From Lytechinus pictus (taxonomy: Eukaryota), in the NCBI RefSeq assembly GCF_037042905.1, contig NC_087252.1, forward strand, positions 1,304,001 through 1,368,000: a stretch of DNA of 64,000 nt, given 5' to 3'. Each line of letters begins with the position of its first letter. Position 1 is the first letter of the stretch. Below the pieces are notes generated by a model. The model was not told where the DNA came from and made no database searches. It saw only the letters and a list, made by a program, of their open reading frames with translations. Positions 62,401 to 64,000 of the stretch are shown here, one piece after another. The position numbers were made by a program, and so were the translations under genes.

Positions 62401-63359
62401 TGGTTTGTTTTATGAATGGACATCGAGGTACGATCCCCAAAACCGTGGACGATCTGAAATGGGTTAGCAAGAAGATCACCCAGAGTGGTGAAACTGACCA
62501 AGAAGAGACAGCACCTACTGAATCCACGCCACAGCATACCCCGATGGAAGCTGCGCTCATATCGTCTGCTTTGATTGCACCCGACATTGCTGCACTAACG
62601 AAGAAAACGAGAACTGTCGAAAGAGTAAGTCCTCCGCCCGCCAAGGTGACGACAGCGCCAGCGGAAAGTGAGAATGAGGTACGTGCGAGAATGCTTTCAT
62701 TGCAGTACAAGAACAGTGACGCAATCCTGGGAAACCGTTACGAACGGAAGCTGGACTCTGTCGGCAGCGAGCAGGAGCACGAGGTCGCCAATACCATTTT
62801 GACGATTCACTCGCGTCTTCAGCAACAGGAGCAGGAACGCCAGCAGAAACAGGCGCAAACCTGCGACGCCGACTCAACCGTCAAAACCGAGCCCGTTAGT
62901 CCCAATCCTGTATTAAGCAGTACTACAAGTGACAATCCTTCGGCCCAGTCGCAGTCGGGAAGCCCGCTTTCACCACCCGTCCTCGAGAGAGAAGGAGACA
63001 GACCGCTTGCGAAGAACAGCAGTGACAACGATGATATGGAACCCAATCTAATCATCGATGAAACACTGAAATCTAAATCTCGCAAACGAACGAGAACGCC
63101 TACAAAGTCCATCCCAAACCTTTCACCTACAAAGACCTCTTCGACATCATCGAGCCCTCAGTTGAGTACATCGTCGAGTACCTCTTCGACGTCAGACTTT
63201 GTTGGAATGCCCAGCAACGCGGGAAAGTCTGAGAAGGTGAAGATTACTGGTGACCCCAAAAAACTTTGGACAAAGAAAGCAATGGCCATGATGGGAAGTC
63301 TAGAACCAAAGAGAAAGAGGAAAAAGAGCGAGAAATCAGTCCCCAAAGAAAATTACTAG
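40874..63359 (+). CDS. BCL3: BCL3-like nuclear IkB ankyrin-repeat protein; join(40874-42251,42697-43152,52519-52621,56654-56768,57792-57993,59147-59235,61022-61267,61557-63359), 1463 aa
   Basis: All eight exons have GT-AG boundaries with matching phases (1,1,2,0,1,0,0), 4392 nt in total. The ankyrin block ATEQDSDGDTALHIAIVQ...DIFNFMQQTPLHLA...DRNGQTAAHHAC...RNYEGYTPLHLA...DSKNGWTPLFHAV...QSYSGNTVLHVATGRG...SLKN parallels vertebrate BCL3. N-terminal PLDLR resembles the BCL3 PVDLR motif. An in-frame stop precedes the ATG. Confidence 0.85.
42697..43152 (+). CDS. BCL3: BCL3-like coding exon 2 (Pro-rich)
   Basis: aaag|GTGTATCG ... GGCCAAA|gtaagt, open frame. Confidence 0.85.
45068..45386. mobile_element. 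MITE with internal short repeats
   Basis: aattgccaattcatctatt ... agtagacgagttggtaatt inverted termini. Recurrent ttggtc/cgtcta modules. Confidence 0.75.
46664..46722. mobile_element. Two adjacent putative excision footprints (CATGGAC family, 7-bp direct repeats)
   Basis: gtttaac|catggacctactg|gtttaac and gtctaaa|catggacgtactag|gtctaaa. Confidence 0.6.
47911..48124. mobile_element. piggyBac-like MITE
   Basis: ttaa|ctctttgtgcgctgat ... atcagcgcgcaaaggg|ttaa. Confidence 0.7.
50383..50658 (+). mobile_element. tRNA-derived SINE
   Basis: tRNA-like head with B-box ggttcgaatccc, conserved core ccttcagcaagaaatttaccc...ctcaacccaggtg, tail gcgctatataaatgcctattat. Confidence 0.85.
52519..52621 (+). 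CDS. BCL3: BCL3-like coding exon 3 (start of ankyrin repeat 1)
   Basis: ctag|GATATCCT...ATEQDSDGD-T|gtaaga. Confidence 0.85.
52957..53109. mobile_element. Harbinger/PIF-like MITE with near-perfect 47-bp TIRs and TTA TSD
   Basis: tta|tacctcggtcacgtttgctctacggcggccgtacggcgagtcgaaa ... tttcgactcgccgtacggccgccgtagagcaaatgtgaccgaggta|tta. Confidence 0.85.
53616..54992 (+). mobile_element. 5'-truncated Penelope-like retroelement (GIY-YIG endonuclease, Neptune-type Cys linker) with 13-bp TSD
   Basis: 53616-54032 reads without stops: CTSNRCIICE...ITCTTTNVVYLITCRVCRVQYIGETKTTLKKRFYGH...PVGRHFN...REKFWMRRLRTTQPHGLN. Flanked by attattatgatta at 53603-53615 and 54993-55005. Confidence 0.9.
54938..54976 (+). 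ncRNA. Minimal type-I hammerhead ribozyme motif at the Penelope 3' end (core variant)
   Basis: GCCU-CCGACGA-A-GAUUC-UGAUA-GGAUC-GAAA-GCUU-AGGC. Stem I is GCCU/AGGC, stem II is GAUUC/GGAUC, and stem III is the palindrome AAGCUU. The core has CCGANGA instead of CUGANGA. Confidence 0.65.
56232..56550. repeat. (ACT)n microsatellite
   Basis: Long tac/cta tract, the source of the poly-L/T/V/S ORFs. Confidence 0.95.
56654..56768 (+). CDS. BCL3: BCL3-like coding exon 4 (ankyrin)
   Basis: cacag|T GCT CTT CAC (ALHIAIVQ...DIFNFMQQ)|gttaga. Confidence 0.9.
56944..57147. mobile_element. MITE with about 35-bp TIRs and internal tagggtta-like repeats
   Basis: gggtgccacgacatttgctcctgcgacaattgctccg pairs with cggagcaattgtcgccagagcaaatgtcatggaaccc. 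Confidence 0.8.
57792..57993 (+). CDS. BCL3: BCL3-like coding exon 5 (ankyrin)
   Basis: cttag|TPLHLACIMKD...NIRNYE-G|gtatgc. Confidence 0.9.
58065..58662. mobile_element. Kolobok-like TTAA MITE, family A (second copy)
   Basis: ttaa|aggtcaagtccaccc ... ggtggacttgtcct|ttaa, colinear with 11358-11954. Confidence 0.85.
59147..59235 (+). CDS. BCL3: BCL3-like coding exon 6 (ankyrin)
   Basis: aacag|G-YTPLHLAAMVGNPTLVTMLLEKGADINSK|gttaga. Confidence 0.9.
59352..59642 (-). mobile_element. tRNA-derived SINE
   Basis: Minus strand ggagcgttgtggcccagtggattagtctccggactttgaaacagagggtcgtgggttt...ccatggc, with the same core as 50383. Confidence 0.8.
59982..60565. mobile_element. Kolobok-like TTAA MITE, family C
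   Basis: ttaa|aggagaatgaaac ... gtttcattctcct|ttaa. Long internal inverted segments (ccattggcaatgcgaccaagatct / agatcttggtcgcattgccaatagg). Confidence 0.85.
60597..60940 (+). mobile_element. tRNA-derived SINE (second family)
   Basis: ggaagcgccgtggtgtagcag...gttcgaatccc head, ccctttggcaaggc core, aagcgctatataaatgcag(att)n tail. Confidence 0.85.
61022..61267 (+). CDS. BCL3: BCL3-like coding exon 7 (ankyrin)
   Basis: gtcag|DSKNGWTPLFHAV...GADMSLKNTQWDTPATITTDKN|gtaagt. Confidence 0.9.
61557..63359 (+). CDS. BCL3: BCL3-like coding exon 8 (600-aa Ser/Thr-rich C-terminus with basic NLS-like motifs)
   Basis: ttttcag|ATGTCAAGT... open to TAG at 63359. Contains KSRKRTR and PKRKRKK. Confidence 0.85.
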   Translation: MSSLLRGLGAGSPQPSEASSPTTAPPTLPMPLNDAYLIHPPQPGSASALAAAAAVAAAALGQSKKPSTVTTLTTERLKGPANEVYEVTRSVTRGDGKISDEHRAIHKQLQEKLRQSIQIRQVNERRVGESHQRKSTEDMSPEPHLGTKKIVIVPVSAGEREKLDQISSLHSGNKALSDSLGLRVSLPSQISKRSPKEGDEQKSQHVVLTRTKDTTEQADGSVKANSTPDVVPKIEITSPEPVDKTEAKSVSDSSQRDIQKASDKDCKHVVSSSPSDRCNHQMVCFMNGHRGTIPKTVDDLKWVSKKITQSGETDQEETAPTESTPQHTPMEAALISSALIAPDIAALTKKTRTVERVSPPPAKVTTAPAESENEVRARMLSLQYKNSDAILGNRYERKLDSVGSEQEHEVANTILTIHSRLQQQEQERQQKQAQTCDADSTVKTEPVSPNPVLSSTTSDNPSAQSQSGSPLSPPVLEREGDRPLAKNSSDNDDMEPNLIIDETLKSKSRKRTRTPTKSIPNLSPTKTSSTSSSPQLSTSSSTSSTSDFVGMPSNAGKSEKVKITGDPKKLWTKKAMAMMGSLEPKRKRKKSEKSVPKENY

Positions 63360-63916
63360 AATTTTTTTGTGTTTTATGTAAATCACCTGTAATTTCCCTA
63401 CTGAAGGCAAGATACATAAGATTCACATATTGACACATGCCTGTACTTAATTGGAAGGATTTCTTCAAAACCCTTTTCCTGTGTCAAAAATAAAAAGGAT
63501 AATTGCATAGCATACTCAACCTTAACATCAGTCCAGCCCTGTGTTTTTTTTTCATTTCCACCCCAATTCATGAACTCCCTGAACCCTGATGATCTAAGAA
63601 TCTTTCCTTATGAGTTAGAAATTACTAGAGAAGTACATCAGTTTGGATTAATTCAGTAAGGAGGGAAGGGGCAAGTGGGTTAGATGTTCATATTTCATTC
63701 ATTTACCCCAAAATTTATATGCGCAAGGTTTTTCCTTGTTTAATCCCCATAGGATAATTTTGACAAGACATAAAATTGAAAGATAAGCAAAGATCTAGGA
63801 CCAGTATTCTGAACTCAGGATTAATTTAAAACTCTGGTCTTAAGACAAAATTGTGAATTAAACTATGGATAGCCAATTGTAACATCAGTCTTCAAGAGTA
63901 GTAGTTGAATTTATCA

Positions 63917-64000
63917 CCCGGGGGGGGGGGGGGGGGGGCACTTACATTGACGAGTGGATACCATGCGCGACCAAAAAAACATGTAAAAATTATGTCTTTT
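63917..64000 (+). mobile_element. Left end of a CCC(G)n-type DNA element, cut off by the window
   Basis: cccgg(g)ncacttacattgacgagtggataccatgcgcg resembles the end at 20805. Confidence 0.55.

Overview
Repeat-rich eukaryotic genomic DNA with spliceosomal introns, SINEs and MITEs. The overall character is consistent with a marine invertebrate deuterostome such as a sea urchin (inference). Three host genes are present. (1) An intronless class-A GPCR on the minus strand (4268-3278) with a frameshift just before its NPxxY motif. (2) A C2H2 zinc-finger gene with two coding exons on the minus strand (19779-17539, 473 aa). (3) A BCL3-like nuclear IkB ankyrin gene with eight coding exons on the plus strand (40874-63359, 1463 aa), with kB-type sites upstream and in its introns. 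The rest is a mosaic of transposon remnants: an RLE-type non-LTR element, a CR1/L2-like LINE, a Penelope-like element with a minimal hammerhead, tRNA-SINEs, Kolobok/hAT/Harbinger/piggyBac-like MITEs and a 2.8-kb foldback. There are also minisatellites and a near-identical 1.8-kb tandem duplication. The most striking unexplained signal is a layer of tiny putative transposon excision scars: 12-34 bp inserts starting CAT between 7-8 bp direct repeats, two of which keep exactly 17 nt of one end as expected for P-element cleavage, plus about 20 TACATGTA octamers. No prokaryotic systems or CRISPR arrays are supported. All coordinates were read by eye.
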